DNA of 64,000 nucleotides, from the NCBI GenBank assembly GCA_042408195.1, contig JBHOQL010000072.1, positions 24,032 to 88,031 of the forward strand, read 5' to 3'. The first letter of the stretch is position 1. The number at the start of each line of letters is the position of its first letter. Source of the stretch: Anaerolineae bacterium (GTDB lineage Bacteria > Chloroflexota > Anaerolineae > SpSt-600). The notes beneath the pieces were generated by a model. The model was not told the origin of the DNA. It searched no databases and worked only from the letters and a program-made list of their open reading frames with translations. A program made the translations under genes and the position numbers. Positions 14,449 to 23,928 of the stretch are shown here, one piece after another.

Positions 14449-14506
14449 AGCTTTCCCTCCTTTGGTTTGCTATAATTATGCAATTTTAACCCTCAAAAAT
14501 CCAAGT

Positions 14507-14846
14507 TTTGGCGCTTTATTTACGGTAGGCCCATGCTCAAACTGTTGGGGGGGAATCTCTTGCCACTCTGTATTGAATATAACAGGTGTGGCCGATTACG
14601 GGGGAAAGCTTGCTTGTAGTGCAATTTGCCATAAAACAGGCTTCTCCGGGTTATGCTTATATCTTCGCCCCTTTGTAAAGCTTGGCCGCTTTCATGGCAA
14701 TGGGTCTTAAGAACAGGATTTTGACCGTGGGAGTTGACACCGCGCTGGTGGACGAGCGCGCAGTCTTAATTAATGGCACTTATCATTACCAGTTGCACGC
14801 CAGCACCAGAACCCTTCTCAACACCTTGGCCTACGGCTTGAAGTAG
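14507..14846 (+). pseudogene. Decayed KaiC-domain ATPase (AF_0795/TIGR03878-like), N-terminal half only
   Basis: Stitched frames read ALFTV..GGISCHSVLNITGVAD / TGESLLVVQFAIKQASPGY..*SLAAFMAMGLKNR..VGVD..ERAVLIN..TLLNTLAYGLK*; frameshift at about 14597 and TAA at 14676-14678. Confidence 0.75.
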
Positions 14847-14874
14847 CCTTCGAAACCAAAGGGAAGTGAGAGCA

Positions 14875-15262
14875 ATGAGGGTAGTGGGGTCTAAGAGGTG
14901 TTCTTTAGATGGCCTGGCGATGAGTGTTATCCTTGAGGCTATAAACCTTGCTGGTGAGCCGCGTAAGCTCGCGGAATACAGTAAGGCTTATCTGGCCCCC
15001 CAATTAATGGAGGTAGCTTGCAGCGTGATTCTGTCCAACGAAGATAAAGATAGCGAGAACGAGATTGTCACTTTCTTGGGTCTGGCTAGACCAGCCGTAA
15101 GGAACATCCTGAGGGCAACCCTAAGGAAGTAATTGAACTTCTTGAAGGGAGTGTAAGGAGCAAATTCCACGTGGCTGGGGGCTCATCAAGCTGGCCTGCC
15201 AGCGGTTTAAAGGCGAAGAGCAGGGTCCAGAAGGCCGAGCTAATGGGTCCGACCTTTTTTAA
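14875..15262 (+). pseudogene. Decayed KaiC-associated HTH regulatory protein (TIGR03879-like)
   Basis: LAMSVILEAINLAGEPRKLAEY..PQLMEVACSVIL..EIVTFLGLARPAVRNILRA / PKEVIELLEG..FHVAGG / LIKLACQRFK, with frameshifts near 15118 and 15181. Confidence 0.75.
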
Positions 15263-16305
15263 TTTTCTACCCTTCTCATAGGCTTAGAGAGGATAACTTC
15301 ATCTCCGAGGTAAACCAGAAGTTCATCGGGAGAGAGCCTCCGGTAGAATCGGAGTAAGGGCGCTTTCCACTTCTCCACCAATATATATCTCGCTCCCTCT
15401 ACAATCAGAGTTATGGTTTCCCCGGAGGATTTCTTCACCAAATCAAGATCCGGATTGGCAAGGGGCACAAGGGTGTAGTTGAGAAAATAGTAATCCAGCA
15501 AAGAGGCGGCCTCGCCGTAACGATCAGAGCTGTTGAGGAGGATTGCCACACCTTTTTGGTTTCCTCTCGTGGCTGAGGCTATCAGGCATTCCCCTGCCAT
15601 AAGTGTGGTGCCAGTCTTGACTCCATCGGCCCCGGGATAGAGGTATAAAAAGCGGTTGGTGGAAGTCAGCCCTTCCCAGTCGTAAATAGCTACCATGGTG
15701 GCGAAGGCTGGGTTGTCCAGGGCGTAGCGGGTGAGAAGCCAGAGGTCATAGGCAGTGGAATAGTGTCCATCGTCGTCAAAACCCTGGGGGTTAGTGAAGC
15801 GGGTATTACGCATCCCGATCTCAGCTGCTTTCCGGTTCATCATCTCTACGAAAGCTTCCTGGTTGCTAGCTACGTGTTCAGCAATGGCTGCAGCAGCGTC
15901 GTTTGCCGATATGAGAAGCAGGGCATAGAGCAAATTTTCCATAGCCACTTTTTGCCCGGGTGAGAGGCCCAACTTTGGTAATTCTACCTCTGTCGCCCTT
16001 TTGCTCACTGTCACTAAGTCGCCTGGAGAAGAATTTTCCAGTGCCAGGATGGCTGTCATTATCTTGGTCAAACTCGCTGGAGGTAATTTTTCGTGCTCAT
16101 TCTGGGCCAGGATGATAGTTCCGGTAGAGTAATCAGCCAAGAGGAAAGCCTTGGCTTCAATAATTGGAGGACTGCTTTCCGCCATTTTCCTTACTTGACA
16201 AGGGTAAAACTTGAGGCCAGCTGCATCCTTCTCCCTCAAGGCGGGCGGACCGAAGGCCAGGGCTGTGAGGCTGAGGAGAGCCAAGATAAAGGCTTCTTTA
16301 CGCAT
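15259..16305 (-). CDS. D-alanyl-D-alanine carboxypeptidase (peptidase S11)
   Basis: PASLTK, SAN and KTG motifs; start moved to ATG 16305 (MRKEAFILALL signal peptide), overlapping the scpB stop. Confidence 0.92.
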   Translation of the reverse strand: MRKEAFILALLSLTALAFGPPALREKDAAGLKFYPCQVRKMAESSPPIIEAKAFLLADYSTGTIILAQNEHEKLPPASLTKIMTAILALENSSPGDLVTVSKRATEVELPKLGLSPGQKVAMENLLYALLLISANDAAAAIAEHVASNQEAFVEMMNRKAAEIGMRNTRFTNPQGFDDDGHYSTAYDLWLLTRYALDNPAFATMVAIYDWEGLTSTNRFLYLYPGADGVKTGTTLMAGECLIASATRGNQKGVAILLNSSDRYGEAASLLDYYFLNYTLVPLANPDLDLVKKSSGETITLIVEGARYILVEKWKAPLLRFYRRLSPDELLVYLGDEVILSKPMRRVEN

Positions 16306-16801
16306 CCTTTCCTTCCAATGGTGGGAGATCCTCCAAGCGTTCGAGGCCGAAATACTGGAGGAACTGAAAAGTGGTTCCATAAAGGGCGGGTTTTCCTGGA
16401 GAATCAAGGTGGCCCACTTCTTCAATGAGACCCTTGCTCAGGAGGGAACGGATTACTCCATCGCTGTTCACACCCCTTATTGCCTCTATCTGTGCCCTGG
16501 TCACTGGTTGAAGGTAAGCGATAATCGCCAAGGTTTCTAAGGCAGCTTGAGAAAGCTTGCGGGAAGGTTTTAGTTCCAGGAATTTCTCCACATAGGGAGC
16601 AGCTTCCGGGGCTGAGACCATTTGGACCTTCCCTCCAGAGCGCTGGAGGCGCAACCCTCTTTCTGAGTATTCTTTTGCCAATTCCTCTACGGCCGCGTTA
16701 ATGGTTTCCCTATCCAGTCCAATAACCTCTGCAAGCCGGTCTATTTCTACCGGCTCATCAGCTATGAATAGGATGCTTTCTATGATGGCTTTCGTATCCA
16801 T
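16298..16801 (-). CDS. scpB: SMC-Scp complex subunit ScpB
   Basis: LSQAALETLAIIAYLQPVTRAQIEAIRGVNS and LYGTT..FLQYFGL..LEDLP. Confidence 0.96.
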   Translation of the reverse strand: MDTKAIIESILFIADEPVEIDRLAEVIGLDRETINAAVEELAKEYSERGLRLQRSGGKVQMVSAPEAAPYVEKFLELKPSRKLSQAALETLAIIAYLQPVTRAQIEAIRGVNSDGVIRSLLSKGLIEEVGHLDSPGKPALYGTTFQFLQYFGLERLEDLPPLEGKDA

Positions 16802-16805
16802 CGGC

Positions 16806-18470
16806 TCAGAGCAGTACAGGTGCCTTGTATTCTCCGAAGACTTTCCTCAGTACATCGCAGATTTCCCCAAGGGTGGCGTAGGCTTCAACGCATTCTAAGA
16901 TGATAGGCATGAGGTTATCGGTTCCTCTGGCCGCTTCTTCGAGTTTGCTTAGGAGTTCCTGGACTCTGACGTTGTCACGGCGGCGGCGCACCTCCTGAAG
17001 GCGAGCGATTTGCTTTTCTCTTACGGTGGGGTCCACCTTGAGGAGCTTTAAGGAACGCTTCTCCTCCTCCATTACGTATTCATTTACCCCCACTATAATG
17101 CGCTCGCGGGATTCAATTTCCTTCTGGTAGCGGTAAGCGCTTTCCATGATTTCGCGCTGGATGTAACCCGATTCTATGGCTTTCAGAGCCCCGCCTAGGG
17201 CGTCTATGCGCTTTATGTATTCTTCGGCTTTCTCCTCAATCTGGTCTGTGAGGCTTTCTATGTAATAGCTTCCAGCCAGTGGGTCAACAACATCGGCCAC
17301 TCCGGATTCGTGAGCGATGATCTGCTGGGTGCGCAGAGCTATTCGGACGGCTTCCTCACTGGGGAGGGCAAGGGCTTCGTCGTAAGAGTTGGTGTGAAGG
17401 GACTGAGTTCCCCCCAGGACGGCGGCCAATGCCTGGATTGTAACCCTGATTATGTTATTGAGAGGCTGTTGAGCGGTGAGAGTGCATCCTGCTGTCTGGG
17501 TGTGGAAGCGGAGCATCCAAGAGGCTGGGTTTTTAGCTCCGAAGCGTTCCCTCATGATCCTGGCCCAGAGGCGTCGGGCAGCTCTGAATTTGGCGACCTC
17601 TTCGAAGAGGTTATTGTGAGCACCGAAGAAGAAGGATATACGCGGGGCAAAGGAATCTACATCAAGGCCTCTTTTCATTGCCGCTTCAACATAAGCGATC
17701 CCATTGGCCAATGTGAAAGCCAACTCTTGAACAGCGGTGGCTCCGGCTTCCCTTATATGGTAACCACTTATGCTGATAGAGTTCCACCGTGGCAGTTCTC
17801 TACTGCAGTATTCCATAATATCCACGGTAAGGCGAAGGGAGGGCTCGGGAGGAAAAATGTATGTGCCGCGGGCCACGTATTCCTTGAGGATGTCGTTTTG
17901 GACTGTGCCATCCAGAAGCTTGGGGTCAACCCCTTGTTTTTTGGCTACAGCCACATACATGGCCAAGATTATCGGTGCAGTGGCATTTATAGTCATGGAA
18001 GTGGAAACCTTATCCAAGGGGATCCCCTCGAAGAGGCGTTCCATATCCTCAAGGGAGCTTATAGCTACCCCTACTCTTCCTACTTCCCCCAGAGCCATGG
18101 GGTGGTCAGCATCGTAGCCAGTCTGGGTGGGAAGGTCAAAGGCCACCGAAAGGCCCGTCTGACCCTGTTCCAGGAGGTATTTGAAGCGAGCATTTGTCTC
18201 CTCGGCAGTAGCGTATCCAGCATACTGCCGCATGGTCCAAAGGCGCCCTCGGTACATGGTGGGATATATGCCACGGGTGAAGGGGTAGGCTCCTGGGAAG
18301 CCCAGATCCCTGGCGTAGTCCAAGTTTTTCGTATCGGTTGGAGTGTAGAGCCTTTTCACCTCTATGCCTGAATGGGTTTCAAAGCGCTTTTTGCGTTCTG
18401 GCGCTTTAGCGAGGATGGGCTTGAGGATTTTTTCCTCCCATTCTCTTTCCAGAGCCTCCAGTTCATTCAT
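16806..18470 (-). CDS. Methylmalonyl-CoA mutase family, large (substrate-binding) subunit, no B12-binding domain
   Basis: [42 protein letters not shown]. Confidence 0.95.
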   Translation of the reverse strand: MNELEALEREWEEKILKPILAKAPERKKRFETHSGIEVKRLYTPTDTKNLDYARDLGFPGAYPFTRGIYPTMYRGRLWTMRQYAGYATAEETNARFKYLLEQGQTGLSVAFDLPTQTGYDADHPMALGEVGRVGVAISSLEDMERLFEGIPLDKVSTSMTINATAPIILAMYVAVAKKQGVDPKLLDGTVQNDILKEYVARGTYIFPPEPSLRLTVDIMEYCSRELPRWNSISISGYHIREAGATAVQELAFTLANGIAYVEAAMKRGLDVDSFAPRISFFFGAHNNLFEEVAKFRAARRLWARIMRERFGAKNPASWMLRFHTQTAGCTLTAQQPLNNIIRVTIQALAAVLGGTQSLHTNSYDEALALPSEEAVRIALRTQQIIAHESGVADVVDPLAGSYYIESLTDQIEEKAEEYIKRIDALGGALKAIESGYIQREIMESAYRYQKEIESRERIIVGVNEYVMEEEKRSLKLLKVDPTVREKQIARLQEVRRRRDNVRVQELLSKLEEAARGTDNLMPIILECVEAYATLGEICDVLRKVFGEYKAPVLL

Positions 18471-19075
18471 TTTCCCTCCTCCATGGCTTCTTTGAGGATT
18501 AAAACCGCTTCCTGGTAGAGTTTCTTCATCTCCCTCTCCAACCTTATGAACCCTGCCCCCACCTTTCCTCCCGAGACCAGGTAGGCCAGAGCTCCAAGGT
18601 AGGTGTACCAGTGGGTGTAGGAGCCTTTGAGAATGCCTTCGGGGTCAAAGAAAAGAAAGGGGTGCTCGTTGCTTGCGATTATGAAGAAGCCCGGCAGTTC
18701 AAAATGAGTTATCTTGAAGGCCAGGTGCATTATTTCGTGCTCGTCGTCGGGGAAGAGATCGCGGTTACGGGTAAGCAGGGGGGTAAAATCAAAGCCCATT
18801 TCCTCAAGCAAAGAAGGATAGCACCCAAAGCCCCAGCGACGCACATGGAGGATGCAACCGTTCTGGCCCACTTCTATTTCCGGACAAATTTTAGAGAGGC
18901 CCATTGGTAGTTGCACAATGGCCCTTCTTTCCTCAAGTTTTCCGTCCTCCCTGACTGCCCAGTAATAAGCAACCCAATCTTCCGTGGGGTAGAGCCCTGG
19001 AAGATTATTGAAAACTTTACGTTCGGAGGAAACTGTGCTTGGCATCATGGCATTGCCAAATTTTCCACCCATCAT
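18467..19075 (-). CDS. Hypothetical protein
   Basis: 202-aa ORF with GGAGG RBS, 4-bp overlap with the mutase gene and 6-bp gap to the upstream gene; family not recognised. Confidence 0.75.
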   Translation of the reverse strand: MMGGKFGNAMMPSTVSSERKVFNNLPGLYPTEDWVAYYWAVREDGKLEERRAIVQLPMGLSKICPEIEVGQNGCILHVRRWGFGCYPSLLEEMGFDFTPLLTRNRDLFPDDEHEIMHLAFKITHFELPGFFIIASNEHPFLFFDPEGILKGSYTHWYTYLGALAYLVSGGKVGAGFIRLEREMKKLYQEAVLILKEAMEEGK

Positions 19076-19081
19076 GTCCTC

Positions 19082-20389
19082 CTACTGAGTTAGGAGCCCT
19101 AAAGTTCCCTTCGCAGCAGCCCACCTGTATTCCAGATTGTAGAGGATTAAAGGGAAAAGGTACGGTCTTGGGGGTAGAAAGAGTCTCTTTACTATGGAAG
19201 CAAGGGCGTAGAATCGCCGGTAAGCTTCCATAAGGACTTCTTCCAGCTCTCTAGGTTGCATATTCAAAGGCTTTATCACCGCGTGGCGCGCATCGTAGAG
19301 GTTCCAGTCCTTTGTTAGAATGCGCCCTTCTTTTTCCAGGCGATGGGCCAGGGGGGTACCAGGATAGGGCAAGAGAGTGTAGAACATCGCTCCAGCTACC
19401 TGGTTGTCTATGAGAAATTGCACTGTCCGCCGTAGACTCTGGGCGGTATCACCGTTCATCCCAAATATCACGCTGGCTACTACTGCTATGCCGTTTTCCT
19501 GGAAATTGCGAATTATCCGCGGGTAATCTTTTAGTAGGGAAAGGTTGTGTCTTTTGCCAACGGACTCCAGGCTCTGCTGGTTTATAGATTCAAATCCTAC
19601 TACCACTGCTTTGCATCCACTTTCGGCCATGGCTTGGCAGACTTCAGGGTCGGTTCCGGCAGTGATTTCCACCTGTGTTACCCAAGTTATTCTAAGGGGC
19701 TTGAGGGCTTGGCATAATTCTAGAGTTCGCCTTTTATTAACGACAAAATTATCGTCCACAAAGAAGATGTAGCGGCTCCCGGTAGCTTTCACATCTCTCA
19801 CCACATGCTCCACGGGGCGAAGCCTGTAAGTGTGGCCGAAAAAATTGGTTACGGAGCAGAAATCACAATTGTGGGGGCAGCCCCTACTGGTCTGAACGGG
19901 GTAAAATGTCAGAGGGAAACGTTTGTAAGGCAAAAGGTCGTACCTTGGGGTTGGGAGTTTGGTCAGATCAGCCCAACCTTCTCTCTTGTAGAAGGGGCGC
20001 AGCTTCCCTTTCTGGAAATCCCGCAGGACCCGGGGCCAGACATCTTCTGCTTCCCCTATGACTACGGCATCAGCATGTTGGATGGCTTCTTCAGGCACTG
20101 AGGAGAAATGCACCCCTCCGAGCACCACTTTTTTACCCCGGCGGCGGAACTCATCGGCTATATCGTAAGCTCTGGGGGCAGTGTTTATTATGGCTGTAAT
20201 GCCGATTAAGTCCGCATCTGTATCAAAATTGACATCCTGAAAGTTTTCCTCTACAAGTTCTACTTCCACATCTTCAGGAGTGAGGGCAGCCAAATGGGGA
20301 AGGGTAGCGCTAATGAGGTAAGGCCTCTTCAGCTTGTGGACCCGGCCATCGGGCAGGTAATAGGAAGGCCTTATCAAGGTCACTTTCAT
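19082..20389 (-). CDS. B12-binding domain radical SAM protein
   Basis: VVLGGVH, GEAE, SRGCPHNCDFC (CX3CX2C), VDDNF, GFES, PYPGT. Confidence 0.93.
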   Translation of the reverse strand: MKVTLIRPSYYLPDGRVHKLKRPYLISATLPHLAALTPEDVEVELVEENFQDVNFDTDADLIGITAIINTAPRAYDIADEFRRRGKKVVLGGVHFSSVPEEAIQHADAVVIGEAEDVWPRVLRDFQKGKLRPFYKREGWADLTKLPTPRYDLLPYKRFPLTFYPVQTSRGCPHNCDFCSVTNFFGHTYRLRPVEHVVRDVKATGSRYIFFVDDNFVVNKRRTLELCQALKPLRITWVTQVEITAGTDPEVCQAMAESGCKAVVVGFESINQQSLESVGKRHNLSLLKDYPRIIRNFQENGIAVVASVIFGMNGDTAQSLRRTVQFLIDNQVAGAMFYTLLPYPGTPLAHRLEKEGRILTKDWNLYDARHAVIKPLNMQPRELEEVLMEAYRRFYALASIVKRLFLPPRPYLFPLILYNLEYRWAAAKGTLGLLTQ

Positions 20390-20419
20390 AGTTTAACCTC
20401 TTGCCATTTCCTGCGGGAA

Positions 20420-20449
20420 ATTATATCACCGGGAATTGCTGATAGTCAA
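20420..20449 (-). promoter_or_regulatory. sigma70-type promoter of the radical SAM-mutase-scpB operon
   Basis: Minus strand TTGACT, 18 bp, TATAAT; a second candidate TTGCCC, 17 bp, TAAAAT lies at 20547-20575. Confidence 0.6.
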
Positions 20450-20582
20450 TAGATTGCAGCGACAGCGGGTAATAATGACTCCGCAGGTTAACGGGCGAGT
20501 ATCGTCAGAATGATGGTTATCCAAGCAGTTATGGTAAGGCCTATTAATTTTAACACATTGGAGAAACTCGGGCAACAAGGAT

Positions 20583-21335
20583 TTAACTTTGCTGAGAGTG
20601 GACAAAGAGCCAAGGGCAGACTCTCCTCTCAAGCCAATCCACACCGAAGTAAAGGCTAAGCCCGAGGAAACTCATGGCTAATATTCCGGCATACATTGCT
20701 GGGTAGTCAAAGAGGGTGCTCCCAGTAAGGTAGATGTAATAACCAAGGCCGTAGCGGGTGGCGAAAAGCTCTGCTACATAAAGTACCGCTATAGCTGTCC
20801 CTGTGGACTGGCGTATGGCAGTGAAAATGGCTGGAAGGGTCGCAGGCAGGTAGACGAAGCGGAAAAGAGCTCGCCTTCCGGCTCCGAGGCTCCTCACCGA
20901 TAGGATCAACTCGGGTCTCAGAGCCGCTGCCTGATCCCTCACAAGCACTAAGATTTGGAAAAAGATGATGAGAAATATGATCAAGATTTTGGGCAAGTCT
21001 CCTAACCCTAAGAAGAGGATGGCAACGGGGACAAAGACCACTTTGGGGATGGGATAAAGCAAATAGAGAAAAGGGGAAAAGAAACGGTTCAGGGATTGAC
21101 TTTGCCCTATGGCTATGCCCAGAGGTGCGGCCGTTGCTATTCCCAGGGTTATGCTGGCTAAGACCCTCCAGAAGCTTGAAAGAAGGTGTTTACCCAGTTC
21201 TCCCGGCAGAGCCGAAATAAATGTCTCGAAAACTTCCTGGGGTGGAGGGAGTATAGGCCTGTTAATGATAAGGGCCAAACCTTGCCAGAAAGCGAGGAGA
21301 ACCGCAAGGGAGAAGAGCAGACTTCGCCTGGACAT
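20583..21335 (-). CDS. ABC transporter permease (NitT/TauT family)
   Basis: LPPP, YPIPKV, EAA-like loop SVRSLGA, AELF..GLGY. Confidence 0.9.
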   Translation of the reverse strand: MSRRSLLFSLAVLLAFWQGLALIINRPILPPPQEVFETFISALPGELGKHLLSSFWRVLASITLGIATAAPLGIAIGQSQSLNRFFSPFLYLLYPIPKVVFVPVAILFLGLGDLPKILIIFLIIFFQILVLVRDQAAALRPELILSVRSLGAGRRALFRFVYLPATLPAIFTAIRQSTGTAIAVLYVAELFATRYGLGYYIYLTGSTLFDYPAMYAGILAMSFLGLSLYFGVDWLERRVCPWLFVHSQQS

Positions 21336-22118
21336 TCAGCTCCTCCGAATTCTGTTGAGCATTTCCCTTAGCATGGAACAAACCCTGAAGTACTCGGGGC
21401 TGGAGCGATCAGGCCCTGGGCCTTCTACGATGATGGCTTCCGAGTGCGGGGGGCGGCCGAGGAATAGGATTTTCCTGCCCAGGAAGGCTGCCTCTTCTAT
21501 GCTGTGGGTGACCACCACGATGGTGAGGCTTGTTTCAGCCTGGAGCTCAAGGGTTAAGTTTTCCAAGTCTTCACGGGTAGGGGCATCAAGGGAAGAAAAG
21601 GGCTCATCCATTAGCAGCAGGTCTGGGCGGAGGACGAGGGCTCTGGCAATAGCGGTCCGCTGCCTCTGCCCCCCAGATATCTGGGACGGGAAACGGTCGG
21701 CTACATCTTGGAGGCCAAGGCGCCGGAGCCAAAATTCTACCAGAGTGTCGGGTTCCTTAGGGGGGGAGGTGCGTGGAGCATGAAGGCCATCGGGACCGTA
21801 GAAGGCCCTGATGCGCAGTCCCAGGGCTATGTTTCCTCTGACCGTGTCCCAAGGGAGAAGGCCGTAATCCTGTAGGATTAGGGCCGTCTCGGGCCGAGGG
21901 CGTCGCAAAGGGTTACCTCCTACCAGGATCTCTCCTTTCTGGGGCCTGAGGAGGCCAGCCAGAAGGTAAAGGAGGGTGGTCTTGCCGCACCCCGATGGCC
22001 CGATGACGGCCCACGCTTCCCCCCGCTCTATCTTCCAGCTGAACCCTTCAAAGAGAGGGGGCTGGCGGGGGTAAGCAAAGGTTATCGCCTTTACTTCTGC
22101 AAAAGCCTCTCCTTTCAC
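21336..22118 (-). CDS. ABC transporter ATP-binding protein (NitT/TauT family)
   Basis: GPSGCGKTT, ISGGQRQR, MDEPFSSLD, VTHSIEEA. Confidence 0.93.
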   Translation of the reverse strand: MKGEAFAEVKAITFAYPRQPPLFEGFSWKIERGEAWAVIGPSGCGKTTLLYLLAGLLRPQKGEILVGGNPLRRPRPETALILQDYGLLPWDTVRGNIALGLRIRAFYGPDGLHAPRTSPPKEPDTLVEFWLRRLGLQDVADRFPSQISGGQRQRTAIARALVLRPDLLLMDEPFSSLDAPTREDLENLTLELQAETSLTIVVVTHSIEEAAFLGRKILFLGRPPHSEAIIVEGPGPDRSSPEYFRVCSMLREMLNRIRRS

Positions 22119-23068
22119 TTGGGCAGGAATTCAGCCTTTATGGACTCCTCGTACTGAAGTTCGGAGCCTATGAGACCCTTATCCAGAGCCCACTTAATGA
22201 TATCTTCCCATTGCTCTTTCCCCGGCACTGAAGCCAAGGGGAAATCGGGGATGGTGTAGGAGCCAGTGAGGGCAGGTGGCACCAGCTTCTTCTCCACAAG
22301 CAAGCCCGCCCACTTGGCTTTGTCGGCGTTTATATCTTTTACAGCTTTCTCGATGCCTGAGAGGAAAGCTCTAACCGTATCGGGGTGTTCCTGCACAAAA
22401 GCTTTCCGGAAGGAGTAAACGCTCAGGCTGTATTCAGGGTGGCGGGAATCATCCAGGATGAGCTTGGCCCCTTGTTGAATGGCCAGAAGGGCCATCGGGT
22501 CGGGGAGGGTAGCGGCTTTGAGGTCGCCCGAGGCCAAGGCTGCCATCCTGTCCGGTATCCGAGGGACGGGGACAAATTTGATTTCCTCAGGCTTCAATCC
22601 CTCAATCTGAAGGAGCCTTTCGGTCACATAGTGAACTATAGTGGCCTCTGATATACCGATTGGGATCCCTTTAAGGTCTTCAATTTTCTCGATATCGCTC
22701 TTAGGAGAAGCCAGGATGTAGAACTGTGGGAAGGTAGGAGTGGCAGTCCTTGCAGTCCTGACCACCAGAACCTGGGGCTTTTCTTTATTGTAAAGGGCCA
22801 CTGAAACCAGATCGTTGACGATCACATCAAGCTGACCGGCAGCCATGAGCTGGTCTCTTTCAGCAGCGGAAGCTACGGGTATGATTTCCACTTTTACATT
22901 ATCGGGGAAATAGCCCTGGGCTTCAGCCACATAAATGGGAAGGACGTCGAGAATGGGAAGAACTCCAACTCGCACTGTTACTGGCTGGACTGGCCGGAAA
23001 AGGGTGCAAGCGGACAGAAACAGGACGAGCATCAGTGTAAGACAAGTTGTGCGTCTCATTTTTTTCAC
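22115..23068 (-). CDS. ABC transporter substrate-binding lipoprotein (NMT1/SsuA-like)
   Basis: Lipobox LSAC; PIYVAEAQGYF, DLKG, AATLPDP. Confidence 0.88.
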   Translation of the reverse strand: MKKMRRTTCLTLMLVLFLSACTLFRPVQPVTVRVGVLPILDVLPIYVAEAQGYFPDNVKVEIIPVASAAERDQLMAAGQLDVIVNDLVSVALYNKEKPQVLVVRTARTATPTFPQFYILASPKSDIEKIEDLKGIPIGISEATIVHYVTERLLQIEGLKPEEIKFVPVPRIPDRMAALASGDLKAATLPDPMALLAIQQGAKLILDDSRHPEYSLSVYSFRKAFVQEHPDTVRAFLSGIEKAVKDINADKAKWAGLLVEKKLVPPALTGSYTIPDFPLASVPGKEQWEDIIKWALDKGLIGSELQYEESIKAEFLPK

Positions 23069-23928
23069 CTCCTAACCAGGGATATTAACGTGGCGAAAAA
23101 GAGAGTGAGGCTTATATAGCCGTTAACGTTAAAAAATGCCAGGTTTACCCGGGAAAGGTCATGGGGCTTAACTATAGAGTGTTCGTAAACCAGAAGTAAA
23201 GAACACAAGGCGAGGCCTGCCCAATATGGCCACCCGAGAGAACACACAAGCCCGAGGGCTACAAGGCCTACGACCATGCCAATGTGACAGAGGGAGGATA
23301 AGAGCAAGGCGGTCGCTATTCCGAACTGCGCCGGGATGGAATAAAGCCCATCCCTTCGGTCCACCTCAACATCCTGGCAGGCGTAAATAAGGTCAAAGCC
23401 CGCAATCCATAGAGTAACGATGAACAATAGAAGCCAGGCGGGGGAGTCTTCCCTGGCGAAAATGGAACCCCTAATAGCTACCCATGCTCCTACGGGGGCA
23501 AGTCCATCGGTGAAACCTAAGATGAAGTGGGAAAGCCAAGTGAAGCGTTTAGTATAATGGTAACCGGCCAGAAAGACGAGAGCGATCGGCATTAGGCGGA
23601 AAGGCAGTGGCCCTAGCTCCCAGGCCGAGAGAGCGAAGAGGGCTAGAGATACGAATACTGCAGTCCATGCCACCGAAGGTTTGAGAGCCCCTGTGACCAA
23701 AGGTCTGTGGGCGGTGCGGGGGTTGCGTGCATCGTAGGGCAGATCCACGAGGCGGTTCAGGCTCATGGCAAAAGTTCTGGCCGAGACCATGGCCATGGTT
23801 ATCCAGAAGAATTGGTGCCACGTTGGCCAGCCTCTGGCAGCCAGGAGCATTCCTAAGTATGCAAAGGGCAGGGCAAAGATAGTATGCTCAAATTTTATCA
23901 TCTCCAAGAAAAGGCGAACCGACCTCAA
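23065..23928 (-). CDS. mqnP: UbiA-like polyprenyltransferase (futalosine pathway MqnP type)
   Basis: MIKFEHTIFALPFAY, NRLVD..DARNPRT, GFDLIYACQD, AFFNVNG. Confidence 0.88.
   Translation of the reverse strand: MRSVRLFLEMIKFEHTIFALPFAYLGMLLAARGWPTWHQFFWITMAMVSARTFAMSLNRLVDLPYDARNPRTAHRPLVTGALKPSVAWTAVFVSLALFALSAWELGPLPFRLMPIALVFLAGYHYTKRFTWLSHFILGFTDGLAPVGAWVAIRGSIFAREDSPAWLLLFIVTLWIAGFDLIYACQDVEVDRRDGLYSIPAQFGIATALLLSSLCHIGMVVGLVALGLVCSLGWPYWAGLALCSLLLVYEHSIVKPHDLSRVNLAFFNVNGYISLTLFFATLISLVRR

Noticed and set aside
16306-16425. Long N-terminal extension of the DD-carboxypeptidase in the ORF track
   Set aside because: It overlaps scpB; the signal peptide begins at ATG 16305.
17310-18371. 353-aa antisense ORF, and similar shadow ORFs elsewhere
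   Set aside because: They lie opposite well-supported genes, have no motifs, and are expected from codon bias.
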